Shown here piece by piece: positions 30,263-39,737 of a stretch of DNA of 64,000 nucleotides. Below the pieces are notes generated by a model. It ran no database searches. It was not told the DNA's origin and worked only from the letters and a program-made list of their open reading frames with translations. Where the stretch lies: positions 176,354 through 240,353 of the forward strand of contig NZ_CP119421.1 of the NCBI RefSeq assembly GCF_030506305.1. Direction: 5' to 3'. The translations under genes and the position numbers were made by a program. This stretch comes from Porifericola rhodea (GTDB taxonomy: Bacteria; Bacteroidota; Bacteroidia; Cytophagales; Cyclobacteriaceae). How positions within the stretch are numbered: position 1 is the first letter of the stretch; each line of letters opens with the position of its first letter.

Positions 30263-30886
30263 ATGAATGATCTTTTCAACGCCGCCATTGCCGCACCTAA
30301 CTTATTACCTACTGCCTTACTTATTTTTGTAATGGTATACTGGATAATTGTAATCATTGGTGCTGTTGATGTAGATGCCATAGACATAGATGTGGATATG
30401 GACACGGACGTTGATGGAGAGATTTCGGTATCCTGGCTTAATAATTTATTGTCGTTTTTTAATTTAGGCCAGGTACCTTTCATGATTTTCATGACCTTTC
30501 TGGTAGTCCCCTTATGGTCAGGCTCGGTCATGACCAATTATTATCTGAACAATCAATCTCTGCTACTTGGATTACTAATCCTTGTTCCTCTTCTTATATT
30601 AAGTGCATTTATAGCTAAGGTTGCTACTCAGCCTTTTACGAAGCTTTTCAACCATCTGGAAAACAGCATTGATGGTGGAGAAAGACAAATCGGTAAAATA
30701 TGCACGCTTATTACCTCAGCAGATGATGCCAGAGCCGGGCAAGCTAAAGTTGATACCGGTGGGGCTCCGCTCCTACTCAACGTAATTACTGACGAAGGCA
30801 CCAGCATGTTCAGTGGCGACACCGCCATAGTACTGGAGTATTTGGCAGATAGAAATGTCTACCTCATAGAGCCTTACATTGCATAA
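30263..30886 (+). CDS. YqiJ/NfeD-like inner-membrane protein: TM helices, an acidic DxD repeat, and a C-terminal OB-fold
   Basis: N-terminal TM segments, the segment 'DVDAIDIDVDMDTDVDGE', and a C-terminal beta-rich segment 'GKICTLITSADDARAGQAKVDTGGAPLLLNVITDEG...AIVLEY'. It sits immediately upstream of the flotillin gene, as in E. coli yqiJK. Confidence 0.6.
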   Translation: MNDLFNAAIAAPNLLPTALLIFVMVYWIIVIIGAVDVDAIDIDVDMDTDVDGEISVSWLNNLLSFFNLGQVPFMIFMTFLVVPLWSGSVMTNYYLNNQSLLLGLLILVPLLILSAFIAKVATQPFTKLFNHLENSIDGGERQIGKICTLITSADDARAGQAKVDTGGAPLLLNVITDEGTSMFSGDTAIVLEYLADRNVYLIEPYIA

Positions 30887-30916
30887 CGCATTCTTAACAC
30901 CCTAAAATAAATCATC

Positions 30917-33085
30917 ATGGAAAAACAGATGCTCATTGCGCTGCTAGTGATCGGCGCAGTATTTTTCGTGGGCTTAATAGCCTTCGTTATCAAAATGTAC
31001 AACAAGGCTGTGCAGGGAGAAGCACTGGTTCGTACCGGACTAGGCGATGTAAAGGTTTCTTTTTCAGGAATTTTCGTAGTCCCAGTCTTGCATAAGCTGG
31101 AAGTCATGGACATCACTTTAAAGTCCATGGAAATTAACCGTATGGGTAAGGATGGCCTTATCTGTCGTGACAACTTAAGGGCAGATATCAAAGTGTCATT
31201 CTTTATCAGGGTAAATAAAACTACCGAAGATGTGGTGCATGTGGCACAATCAATAGGCTGTGCTCGTGCCTCTGATAAGGAGCAGCTACAAATGCTATTT
31301 GATGCTAAATTTTCTGAAGCGCTTAAGACTGTAGGAAAGCATTTTGAGTTTGTAGAATTGTACAACTCAAGAGCTAAATTTAAAGAAAAAATTCTAGAAG
31401 AAATAGGTACCGACCTTAATGGTTATATCCTGGATGACTGTGCCATAGACTATCTGGAACAAACGCCTATTGAGCACCTCAACACAGAAAACATACTGGA
31501 CTCAGAGGGTATCAAAAAAATTATTGATCTTACTGCCCAGCAAAAAATTCAATCTAACCTGATTGAAAATGAAAAGAAAAAGACCTTAAAAAAGCAGGAT
31601 GTAGAAGCTGAAGAAACCATACTTGAGCTAGAGCGCCAACTTATAGAAAAGCAGGAGCGTCAGCAACGTGAGGTATCTAACATACGTTCTCGTGAGGCTG
31701 CTGAGAGAGAAAAGGTACGACAGGAAGAACACAAAAAAGCGGAACAGGCACGTATTCTTACCGAAGAAGAAATTGGTATTGCCGAACAGAACAAAGATCG
31801 TCAGGTACTGGTAGCTCAGCGTAATAAGGAGCGTGCAGACGCCATAGAAGTAGAAAGAGTAGAGCAAGCTCGTATGCTGGAAGCTACCGAGAGGGAGCGC
31901 GTAGTTGAGCTGGCCAGAATAGAGAAGGAAAAATCACTGGAAGAGGAACGTAGAAATATACAGGAAGTGATACGTGAGCGAGTAGTGGTAGAGAAATCTA
32001 CGGTAGAGGAAGAAGAGAAAATTAAAGACACCAGGGCAATGGCTGAAGCTGAACGAAACAAGCAGGTGGCCATTAAAAATGCTGAACGTGATGCTCAGGA
32101 AGCTTTGGTTAAAGAAATTAAGTCTGCCGAAGCCGCCAAACAGGCTTCTGAACATAGAGCGAAACAGCTGATGATAGATGCCCAGGCAGAAGAGGATTCT
32201 GCAGCACATCGCGCCAATGCTATCAAAACTATGGCCGAAGCTGAAGCTGCTCAAAAAGCTGCTATTGGTCTGTCAGAAGCACAGGTTATGGAGGCTAAAG
32301 CAGCTGCCCGCGAAAAAGAAGGCGAAGCCGAAGCAGGTGTCATTGAAGCACAGGCAGAAGCGGATGCTAAAGGAATTAGCATGCGTGCCGAAGCTCAGGC
32401 TCAGGCTGACGAAAAGCTGGGGCTGGTAGCGGCAAAAGTAAACAGAGAGAAAGGTAAAGCAGAAGCTGAAGTAATTCAGGACAGAGCTACTGCCGAAGAA
32501 AAGCAAGGTATGGCACAGGCACGCGTACTGGAAGAGAAGATGACTGCTGAAGCTAAAGGTATACGCGAAAAAGCTCAGGCAATGCAGGCACTGGATGGTG
32601 CAGGTAAAGATCATGAAGAGTTCAGACTCAGACTAGAAACCGAGAAAGTGCTGGAAATGGCAAAAATCAACATTCAGAAAGATATAGCCGATGCGCAGGC
32701 TCAGGTAATAGGTGATGCACTGAAATCTGCCAGAATAGACATTATTGGCGGTGAAACCATGCTGTTTGATCAGATTATGGGCTCAATTGCCAAAGGTAAA
32801 GCAATAGATGGTATGATCGGAAACAGCCAGGCACTTACTGGTCTGAAAAACAATCTGCTGGGCAACGGAAATGGTAGTGCCTCTTTTGGAGATAACCTTA
32901 AGAAGTTTATAGGCCAATTTGGAATGAACTCAGAAGACCTGAAGAACCTTACGGTCTCTGCACTACTCATGAAAATGATGGGCAAAACTGAGCAACCTTC
33001 GCTTAAAGATGAGCTAAACAAACTTTTGGCAGTAGCACGTACCGCCGGAATGGCAGACGAACCTGTCCAGAATATCAAACTTTAA
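30917..33085 (+). CDS. Flotillin-like SPFH/Band-7 protein (YqiK/FloT type) with a long EA-rich coiled coil
   Basis: N-terminal TM plus an SPFH domain ('ALVRTGLGDVKVSFSGIFVVPVLHKLEVMDITLKSMEINRMGKDGLICRDNLRADIKVSFFIRV'), then an Ala/Glu/Lys-rich coiled coil of roughly 370 aa. Confidence 0.8.
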   Translation: MEKQMLIALLVIGAVFFVGLIAFVIKMYNKAVQGEALVRTGLGDVKVSFSGIFVVPVLHKLEVMDITLKSMEINRMGKDGLICRDNLRADIKVSFFIRVNKTTEDVVHVAQSIGCARASDKEQLQMLFDAKFSEALKTVGKHFEFVELYNSRAKFKEKILEEIGTDLNGYILDDCAIDYLEQTPIEHLNTENILDSEGIKKIIDLTAQQKIQSNLIENEKKKTLKKQDVEAEETILELERQLIEKQERQQREVSNIRSREAAEREKVRQEEHKKAEQARILTEEEIGIAEQNKDRQVLVAQRNKERADAIEVERVEQARMLEATERERVVELARIEKEKSLEEERRNIQEVIRERVVVEKSTVEEEEKIKDTRAMAEAERNKQVAIKNAERDAQEALVKEIKSAEAAKQASEHRAKQLMIDAQAEEDSAAHRANAIKTMAEAEAAQKAAIGLSEAQVMEAKAAAREKEGEAEAGVIEAQAEADAKGISMRAEAQAQADEKLGLVAAKVNREKGKAEAEVIQDRATAEEKQGMAQARVLEEKMTAEAKGIREKAQAMQALDGAGKDHEEFRLRLETEKVLEMAKINIQKDIADAQAQVIGDALKSARIDIIGGETMLFDQIMGSIAKGKAIDGMIGNSQALTGLKNNLLGNGNGSASFGDNLKKFIGQFGMNSEDLKNLTVSALLMKMMGKTEQPSLKDELNKLLAVARTAGMADEPVQNIKL

Positions 33086-33190
33086 GCATGATTACCATGA
33101 TGATGAACTGAGAGGCATAAGGGCGGAGTTTTCCGCTCTCTTGCTTTCTCCTACTGACCCTTCCATTGTATAGCTCCTTAATTTCAGACC

Positions 33191-36100
33191 ATGCAAAACC
33201 CTATAGTACAGCCTGAAAACATCAATATAGAAAGCGGCACCTATGAAGTGCTTCAAAAGAGATTAGCCCAAAGCCGGCAGCTACTTACCGAAAAGCTTAA
33301 CTCTCTAAACGAAGCTCGCAAATCGGTTTTTGGTTCATTGGAAACCAATTTACTTACCACCGAGAGGATACACACAGCAAATAACTGTATCCCATATGAC
33401 ATGGTCTCGCTCGGAGGACAGTTTATTTTTGGCTATAATGTGCACCTCGGACTCAAAAATCAGATAGAACTCTCCGATGTTTTTAGCATCTACACATATC
33501 ATGAGCACAGCTTTCATGAGCAAAGCCTGGCGTTAGTTGAAGATGAAACTTTTGTCAATGATTTTCAGAAGCTATACAAATATTATAAAGACACCATTTT
33601 TACCCGCTTTGTCAGCTCGGGGCCTTACCTCTACATGGTTTTCAGAATCAGCAAAGGTTTGGATGACATTAAAGCATTTAAGTGGCAGGTTCAGGGGGAT
33701 AAATTAGTCTACCTGGATGACCGAAGCGAGCTGGAAATAAAACAGGCTATTCAGCATGAGTTTCGCTGGCAAAGAGTCTCCAGAGACGCACACCGCAAAG
33801 GAAAACATCCACACATTTCAGTTGAAGATAAAGTCTTCGTTGAGACACTAAACGGAAAGCTCACCATAAAAATAGAAGACAATACTGATTCTGGTCATGG
33901 TATATATGAGGAGCCTGTAGATGATCCAGATCAAACCCTGGACGACGTTGAAATCTACTACAGTGTGTTAGAAAACCTGGTACTCCTAAAAATTCGTCCG
34001 TATCAGGAGAAGCAGTTCCGCTACCTCATCTTCAATACAAGACTACAGGAGGCCCGACGAATAGATGCAATAGAAGAAGCCTGCCTGCTCCTACCCGACG
34101 ACCAGGGAGTATTGTTTCCAAACGGCTATTATCTTCAGACCGGAGCCACCAAACTGTTTGAAAATGAACTACCTGACCTGAAGTTTGAAAAGAAGGTGCT
34201 CTCTCCAAATGGAGAAGATTTTCTATATGTATTTTACAATCGTGAGCAAGGTGTATATCAGCTACTTTTTTATAACCTGATCACTCAGCAGATGGGTACT
34301 CCTATCGTATGTCATGGTTACGCTATTTTTGATAATGGCGAACTCTGCTATTTTAATGCGGACCAGGAACCTAAAAAACACCACGCCATTCGTATCTGGC
34401 AAACTCCTTTTGTAGGACCTAATTATACCCTTGCACAGCAAAGTGACTCTTATCTGTATAAAGTTGGTAATAAGGATATTGTACGTCTTATGGCCGAAAG
34501 CCAGTTACTTATTAAGCTTATTGATAAGGGAGAAAACTACGAAAACCTCTACCTGGAATTAAAAAAACAATCTTCTACCATACTGGAAGCGTATTACTGG
34601 CTGGATAGAGCTGATGCTTTTCACATTAACGAACCAATACAGCAAATTTGTGATACTGCGGCTTCCGCGATAGATGAGTATGAGAAGGTTGTAAGTATTC
34701 GTAAGCAGACACACGAGCAATTATCCAATGTTAGCAAAAGTAGTGAGGTACTCCTCAAAAGTATACGCACCGCTCGTTACGCTCACATTCAGGAGTTTGT
34801 AGACCACCTTTCTGAACTTAGAAAACTTAGAGGTGAGATTGTATCGCTTCATGAGCTACGTTATATCAACAAACAGAAAGTAGAAGATTTAGAGCAGCAG
34901 GTAGAGGAAAGAAACGAAAAGCTGGCCCATCATTGTATTCGCTTTTTGTCACAAGAAGCGTCTCTGGATCCTTACCAAAATAAAATTGAAAAAATACAGG
35001 CAGAAATAGACCAGCTGAAGAAAGTGGTAGATGCAGAAAAGGTGGAAGCAGATATTAAACAAAGCTCGGCTGACCTGGAAATGCTGGTTGAAATAGTAAG
35101 TAACCTTAAAATTGAGGATGCCACACTCACTACTCAAATTATTGATCGTATTTCGGTGCTGTTTGCGGAATTCAATAAGATTAAAGCCGCACATAAGCGA
35201 AAACGCAAAGAATTATTAGGCAAAGAGGGAAAAGCAGAGTTTGAAGCACAAAAAAAGCTGGTCAATCAGGCCATGCTCAACTATCTGGATGTTGCAGATA
35301 CCCCCGACAGATGTGATGAATACCTGAACAAGCTGATGGTACAGCTGGAAGAACTGGAAGCTAGATTTGCTGAATTTGATGAGTTTGTTAGTCAGATCAA
35401 TGACCTGCGGGAGGACTTGTACAATGCCTTTGAAGCCAGAAAAGTACAGCTGGTAGAAGCTAGAAATAAACGGTCAAACACTCTGGCACAGTCAGCTGAA
35501 CGAATACTCAAGGCCATACAAAACCGTGTTAAAAGCATCAGTGAGATAAGTGAACTGAACGGCTACTTTGCCAGTGACCTCATGGTTGAAAAGGTCAATC
35601 GTATAGTAGCTGAGCTCAAAACACTACAGGATACTACCAAAGCAGATGATGTATTGAGCCAACTCAAAAGCCTGAAAGAAGATACTGTTCGCCAGATCCG
35701 CGACCGTTCGGAGATTTATGCTGAAGGAGGTAATACTATCCGCCTTGGCAACCATAGTTTTCTAGTAACTACCTCTAGCTTGGCTCTTACTATCCTCGTC
35801 AAAAACGGACAGCTGTATTATCACCTTAGTGGCACCAACTTTTATGAGCCAATCTTAAATAGTGAGCTTTCTGCTTATAAGCCCTACTGGGAACAGGCCA
35901 TACTATCTGAAAACGAGGAGGTATATCGCGCTGAATATTTGGCTTACTTACTTTTTAAAGCTTCTGAGCGCAGAGAAACTGCCCCCCTACACCAACTGGC
36001 CGATCTAGACGAAAAATCACTCCTTACAGTAGTGCAGGAGTTTATGGCTGGCCGATACGAAGAGGCTTATGTAAAAGGTGTGCATGACCATGATGCTATG

Positions 36101-38074
36101 CATATTCTAAAAAACCTATTGCAAATATACCAGTCGGCTGGCCTTTTAAGGTTTCATTCGGCTGCCAGAGTATGTGCCGCACTCTGTTGGAAATATTTCC
36201 TGAAAAAAGAACAAAAGGACTTTATCAACCATCAGCTTAAGGGTGCCGGCGCTATTCTCAAAGTTTTTCCAAACAGCGCTGTTTTTTCTGAGCTACTTGA
36301 GTTATTGCAATCAGAAATATCTCAATTTCTTAAAGCCTACCCCCTATTTACAGAATCTCTTTCAAAAGAAGCGGCTCTGTACCTCTTTGAGGAATTAAGT
36401 AGTGATGATGACTTCATATTCTCTCAACAGGCAAAGACAAAACAAGAAGCATTTGAGAAATACCTGGACAACAACAAAAATCGCAAAGCATATGAACAAT
36501 CAGTACAGAGCCTGAAGGCACATCCTTTTACTCAGTTTGAGCTAATCAAAAAGTGGGTATCATCCTGGACACAGGAGTATGGCCATGAGGGTGTAGCAGT
36601 AGATGAAGTAGCCTTCCTACTGTTTAGCGATCATGACACTTATCAGACACATAACACAGAACTTAGCATAGCACTTAGCGGCTTACAAGGCAATCACTCC
36701 TTACTCAATGAAGGCAACTATCAGCTTGACTACGTCGCGTTTATGCAGAAACTAAGGGTTTTTGCAGAAGAAGCCGTACCTGACTTTAAAGCTTTTCAGC
36801 AGTTGAAAAAGGAGTTGACGCAGCAGTTTGAAGCAGAACTGAAGCTAGATAGCTTTAAACCTAAAGTCATGAGCGCTTTTGTCCGCAACCGACTAATTGA
36901 CAAAGTCTACTTTCCTCTCATCGGGGCTAACTTAGCCAAACAAATTGGCGCAGCTGGTGCTGATAAACGCACTGACCGTATGGGCATGCTACTTCTGATT
37001 TCGCCCCCTGGCTATGGTAAAACGACATTGATGGAATACGTAGCCAACCGCCTGGGTATCATTTTCATGAAAATCAACGGGCCCGCTATCGGACATACCG
37101 TCACTTCAGTAGACCCGGAAGCAGCGCCTAATGCAGCAGCCAGAGAAGAGCTACATAAGCTCAACCTGGCCTTTGAAATGGGCGATAACGTTATGATTTA
37201 CCTGGATGACATTCAACATTGCCACACAGAATTTTTGCAAAAATTTATCTCCCTTTGTGATGCTCAGCGAAAAATTGAAGGGGTATACAAAGGTAAAAGC
37301 AAAACCTACGACTTCCGTGGAAAGAAGGTGTGTGTAGTTATGGCCGGAAACCCCTATACTGAAAGTGGAGAAAAATTTCAGATACCCGACATGCTTTCTA
37401 ATCGTGCAGATATTTATAATCTGGGTGATATTATTGGAGACTCTGCCGATGATTTTAAGCTGAGCTATATTGAGAACAGTCTTACCTCAAACCCTGTCCT
37501 TCATAAGCTCTCCAGCAAAAGTCAAAAAGATATTTATGCTATGATCCGTATCGCTGAAAGTGGAAGTCGCGAGGGAATAAGCTTTGAAGCTTCACATGCA
37601 GTTGAAGAAGTTAACGAATATGTAGAGGTGCTGAAAAAAATGATAACTGTCAGAGATGCTGTGCTTCGTGTAAATACGGAATATATACGCTCCGCAGCTC
37701 AGTCAGATGAGTACAGAACCGAACCTGCCTTTAAGCTACAGGGCTCTTACCGTGATATGAACAAAATGGCAGAAAAAGTACAGCCTATTATGAATGAGAA
37801 AGAGCTGCAAACCTTAATTATGTCGCATTACGAAAATGAGGCCCAGACCTTAACAAATGGCGCAGAAGCCAATCTTCTCAAATTTAAAAAGATGAGCAAT
37901 CAACTTAGTGATGCAGAAGCCAAACGCTGGGAGGAGATTAAAAGTATTTTCGCAAAAGCGCAGCAAACCAAGGCTTATGGTAATGGTGTAGGCCCGGCGG
38001 TAGAAAAAATGAATGATATTTCTAACAGTCTTAAGCTCATTGCCCAACATTTAACAAAAAACGGACAGGCATAA
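33191..38074 (+). CDS. Giant (1627 aa) multidomain protein with no recognisable N-terminal family, a long coiled coil, and a C-terminal AAA+ (MoxR/AAA_5-like) ATPase
   Basis: Walker A 'ISPPGYGKTT' at about aa 1272 (nt 37004-37027). Walker B 'MIYLDDIQH' at about aa 1335, followed by 'EFLQKFISLCDAQRKIE' and 'VCVVMAGNP'. A heptad-rich coiled coil runs across about aa 550-850. Public annotations of this protein type often read 'DNA repair ATPase'. Confidence 0.7.
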   Translation: MQNPIVQPENINIESGTYEVLQKRLAQSRQLLTEKLNSLNEARKSVFGSLETNLLTTERIHTANNCIPYDMVSLGGQFIFGYNVHLGLKNQIELSDVFSIYTYHEHSFHEQSLALVEDETFVNDFQKLYKYYKDTIFTRFVSSGPYLYMVFRISKGLDDIKAFKWQVQGDKLVYLDDRSELEIKQAIQHEFRWQRVSRDAHRKGKHPHISVEDKVFVETLNGKLTIKIEDNTDSGHGIYEEPVDDPDQTLDDVEIYYSVLENLVLLKIRPYQEKQFRYLIFNTRLQEARRIDAIEEACLLLPDDQGVLFPNGYYLQTGATKLFENELPDLKFEKKVLSPNGEDFLYVFYNREQGVYQLLFYNLITQQMGTPIVCHGYAIFDNGELCYFNADQEPKKHHAIRIWQTPFVGPNYTLAQQSDSYLYKVGNKDIVRLMAESQLLIKLIDKGENYENLYLELKKQSSTILEAYYWLDRADAFHINEPIQQICDTAASAIDEYEKVVSIRKQTHEQLSNVSKSSEVLLKSIRTARYAHIQEFVDHLSELRKLRGEIVSLHELRYINKQKVEDLEQQVEERNEKLAHHCIRFLSQEASLDPYQNKIEKIQAEIDQLKKVVDAEKVEADIKQSSADLEMLVEIVSNLKIEDATLTTQIIDRISVLFAEFNKIKAAHKRKRKELLGKEGKAEFEAQKKLVNQAMLNYLDVADTPDRCDEYLNKLMVQLEELEARFAEFDEFVSQINDLREDLYNAFEARKVQLVEARNKRSNTLAQSAERILKAIQNRVKSISEISELNGYFASDLMVEKVNRIVAELKTLQDTTKADDVLSQLKSLKEDTVRQIRDRSEIYAEGGNTIRLGNHSFLVTTSSLALTILVKNGQLYYHLSGTNFYEPILNSELSAYKPYWEQAILSENEEVYRAEYLAYLLFKASERRETAPLHQLADLDEKSLLTVVQEFMAGRYEEAYVKGVHDHDAMHILKNLLQIYQSAGLLRFHSAARVCAALCWKYFLKKEQKDFINHQLKGAGAILKVFPNSAVFSELLELLQSEISQFLKAYPLFTESLSKEAALYLFEELSSDDDFIFSQQAKTKQEAFEKYLDNNKNRKAYEQSVQSLKAHPFTQFELIKKWVSSWTQEYGHEGVAVDEVAFLLFSDHDTYQTHNTELSIALSGLQGNHSLLNEGNYQLDYVAFMQKLRVFAEEAVPDFKAFQQLKKELTQQFEAELKLDSFKPKVMSAFVRNRLIDKVYFPLIGANLAKQIGAAGADKRTDRMGMLLLISPPGYGKTTLMEYVANRLGIIFMKINGPAIGHTVTSVDPEAAPNAAAREELHKLNLAFEMGDNVMIYLDDIQHCHTEFLQKFISLCDAQRKIEGVYKGKSKTYDFRGKKVCVVMAGNPYTESGEKFQIPDMLSNRADIYNLGDIIGDSADDFKLSYIENSLTSNPVLHKLSSKSQKDIYAMIRIAESGSREGISFEASHAVEEVNEYVEVLKKMITVRDAVLRVNTEYIRSAAQSDEYRTEPAFKLQGSYRDMNKMAEKVQPIMNEKELQTLIMSHYENEAQTLTNGAEANLLKFKKMSNQLSDAEAKRWEEIKSIFAKAQQTKAYGNGVGPAVEKMNDISNSLKLIAQHLTKNGQA

Positions 38075-38138
38075 TATGAAAAGTATAACTATAGTTTATG
38101 CTTACTCCTTAAGCTTTTTTTTACTTGATTGCTCGTAG

Positions 38139-38867
38139 TTGAATTATTTCATATATATGAAGGTGAATACTACGAGCAATCATTCCGAAGCAATATTTTT
38201 AAGTCGCTGGCCACGCTTTTTTGCGGTAGCCTCCTGTATCTTTATCGGAATATTTCTGCTTTTGCCTTCCAGCTTACTTTTAAGCACTTTATTTACTCTT
38301 TTTTTTTCTGCTTTTATTTATACCGGGAGGTGCTTATGGAAACCATTAGGCACTTGGGGTGGTGCGGCTAATGCAATTACTGCACTCAGAACTTTAGGCA
38401 TACTGCTGTTGCTGTTTTTTCAGGCAGAGTTGCCTCCGGCAGCATTTTTTGTTGTAGGAATACTGATACTAATCGCCGACGGACTAGACGGTTATTATGC
38501 CCGCAAATATAATACAGTATCTGCCTTCGGAGATTTATTTGATAAAGAAACTGACGCTTTCTTTGTACTGGCTTTTTGTATTATCCTGATCAAAAAAGAG
38601 CTGATAGGTATGTGGGTAGTTTGGCCTGCCCTACTACGCTACATCTTTGTATTGGTACTTCACACCTTCCGTATACAACATATAGTTTTGTCCTACTCTT
38701 TTCGCAGGCAGTTTATAGGCATGTGGTTTATGGGTACTATCATGGCCTGTTTTGTGCTGCCCAGACCTGTTTATACCGCAGGGATGATTTTCGCTACAGC
38801 TATGCTAGCTTATTCTTTTATGAAAGATACTTTTCTGATGTTAAAACTTAAATCAGATCAGGGGTAA
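38139..38867 (+). CDS. CDP-alcohol phosphatidyltransferase family membrane protein
   Basis: Signature 'DGLDGYYARKYNTVSAFGDLFDKETD' (D-G-x2-A-R-x8-G-x3-D-x3-D) in a polytopic membrane protein. The start is uncertain; there is an alternative ATG at 38157. Confidence 0.7.
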   Translation: MNYFIYMKVNTTSNHSEAIFLSRWPRFFAVASCIFIGIFLLLPSSLLLSTLFTLFFSAFIYTGRCLWKPLGTWGGAANAITALRTLGILLLLFFQAELPPAAFFVVGILILIADGLDGYYARKYNTVSAFGDLFDKETDAFFVLAFCIILIKKELIGMWVVWPALLRYIFVLVLHTFRIQHIVLSYSFRRQFIGMWFMGTIMACFVLPRPVYTAGMIFATAMLAYSFMKDTFLMLKLKSDQG

Positions 38868-39733
38868 GCAAAAATATCGCTATGGTCTACAATGATCTCC
38901 AGTTTATGGTCATGCGACATTTTCTTCTTGGCCTCCAGCCATTCTTCCAGATCTATAATCTCTGCCGGACTCAAATTTAGATCGCGAAGCGCGTGTTCAA
39001 AAAAGTGCAGCAGATAATGATGCATAGTAGTATCATATCGTTTTAGATGCCACTGACTCCCCTCCTGCTCTACTAACATTTGGTGCTCAGTAAGAAGATC
39101 AAGCATTTCTTCGGTGCAGTTAGGCCCCATAGCCGAACCAAAATCCTGTGGTCTTGTCATATGGGTATGGAAGTACCTTACAAAACGGCCATCTTCCTCA
39201 TCATAAGGCAGAAATGAAGTTTCGTAATAATTTAGTGTGGCCATCAGGCACACATTATAGGCAGAAAGCTTGCAGGCAAAGCTATCAAACTGATCGTAGC
39301 TTAGTAAGTCAAACAATGCATTGGCCGTCACCACATCAGTTTGTTTAAGGTCGGTAAGGTGTTCTACGTTTTCTAACTTACCCTGGCTCATCTTTACCAG
39401 GGCCTGCTTTGCTCCATCTTTTATGCATACCGAACCATTCTGTTCTATAAACTCGTAGTTTTTCTTTTTAGCGAAACGATATAGCTTTTCCCGGCAGGCA
39501 TTCAGTAGCGGTCCTTCACAGTCTATAAATGTCCACTCCTGCTGATTAGGAAATTTTTCAAAGTAATACTGAAAGTTAGATCCGGTACCAGAACCTGCAT
39601 CTACCACTGTCAAAGAATCTCTATCCTCAAAAAACTCAAGGAATTTCTTTTCAATATTGGCATTTCTTGCTTCGGCATCGCAGTTGAAGCGATGATCTAA
39701 CCACATGATAGGATCGTCGTAATTGATATGCAT
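38858..39733 (-). CDS. Class I SAM-dependent methyltransferase
   Basis: Motif I 'VVDAGSGTGSN', a Rossmann-type fold, 291 aa. Confidence 0.7.
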   Translation of the reverse strand: MHINYDDPIMWLDHRFNCDAEARNANIEKKFLEFFEDRDSLTVVDAGSGTGSNFQYYFEKFPNQQEWTFIDCEGPLLNACREKLYRFAKKKNYEFIEQNGSVCIKDGAKQALVKMSQGKLENVEHLTDLKQTDVVTANALFDLLSYDQFDSFACKLSAYNVCLMATLNYYETSFLPYDEEDGRFVRYFHTHMTRPQDFGSAMGPNCTEEMLDLLTEHQMLVEQEGSQWHLKRYDTTMHHYLLHFFEHALRDLNLSPAEIIDLEEWLEAKKKMSHDHKLEIIVDHSDIFAYP

Positions 39734-39737
39734 AACT

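Noticed and set aside
31628-33078. Multiple minus-strand ORFs (up to 113 aa) within the flotillin gene
   Set aside because: They are produced by the GC-skewed, Ala/Glu codon repeats (GCT/GAA) of the coiled-coil region and have no independent support.
33110-33141. Small hairpin (GCGGA/TCCGC with outer GAGAG/CTCTC) between the flotillin gene and the giant ATPase gene
   Set aside because: The stems are short (5 bp), mutually exclusive, and lack a U-tract, so the evidence for an attenuator or terminator is insufficient. I mention it only as context for the PspA-module finding.
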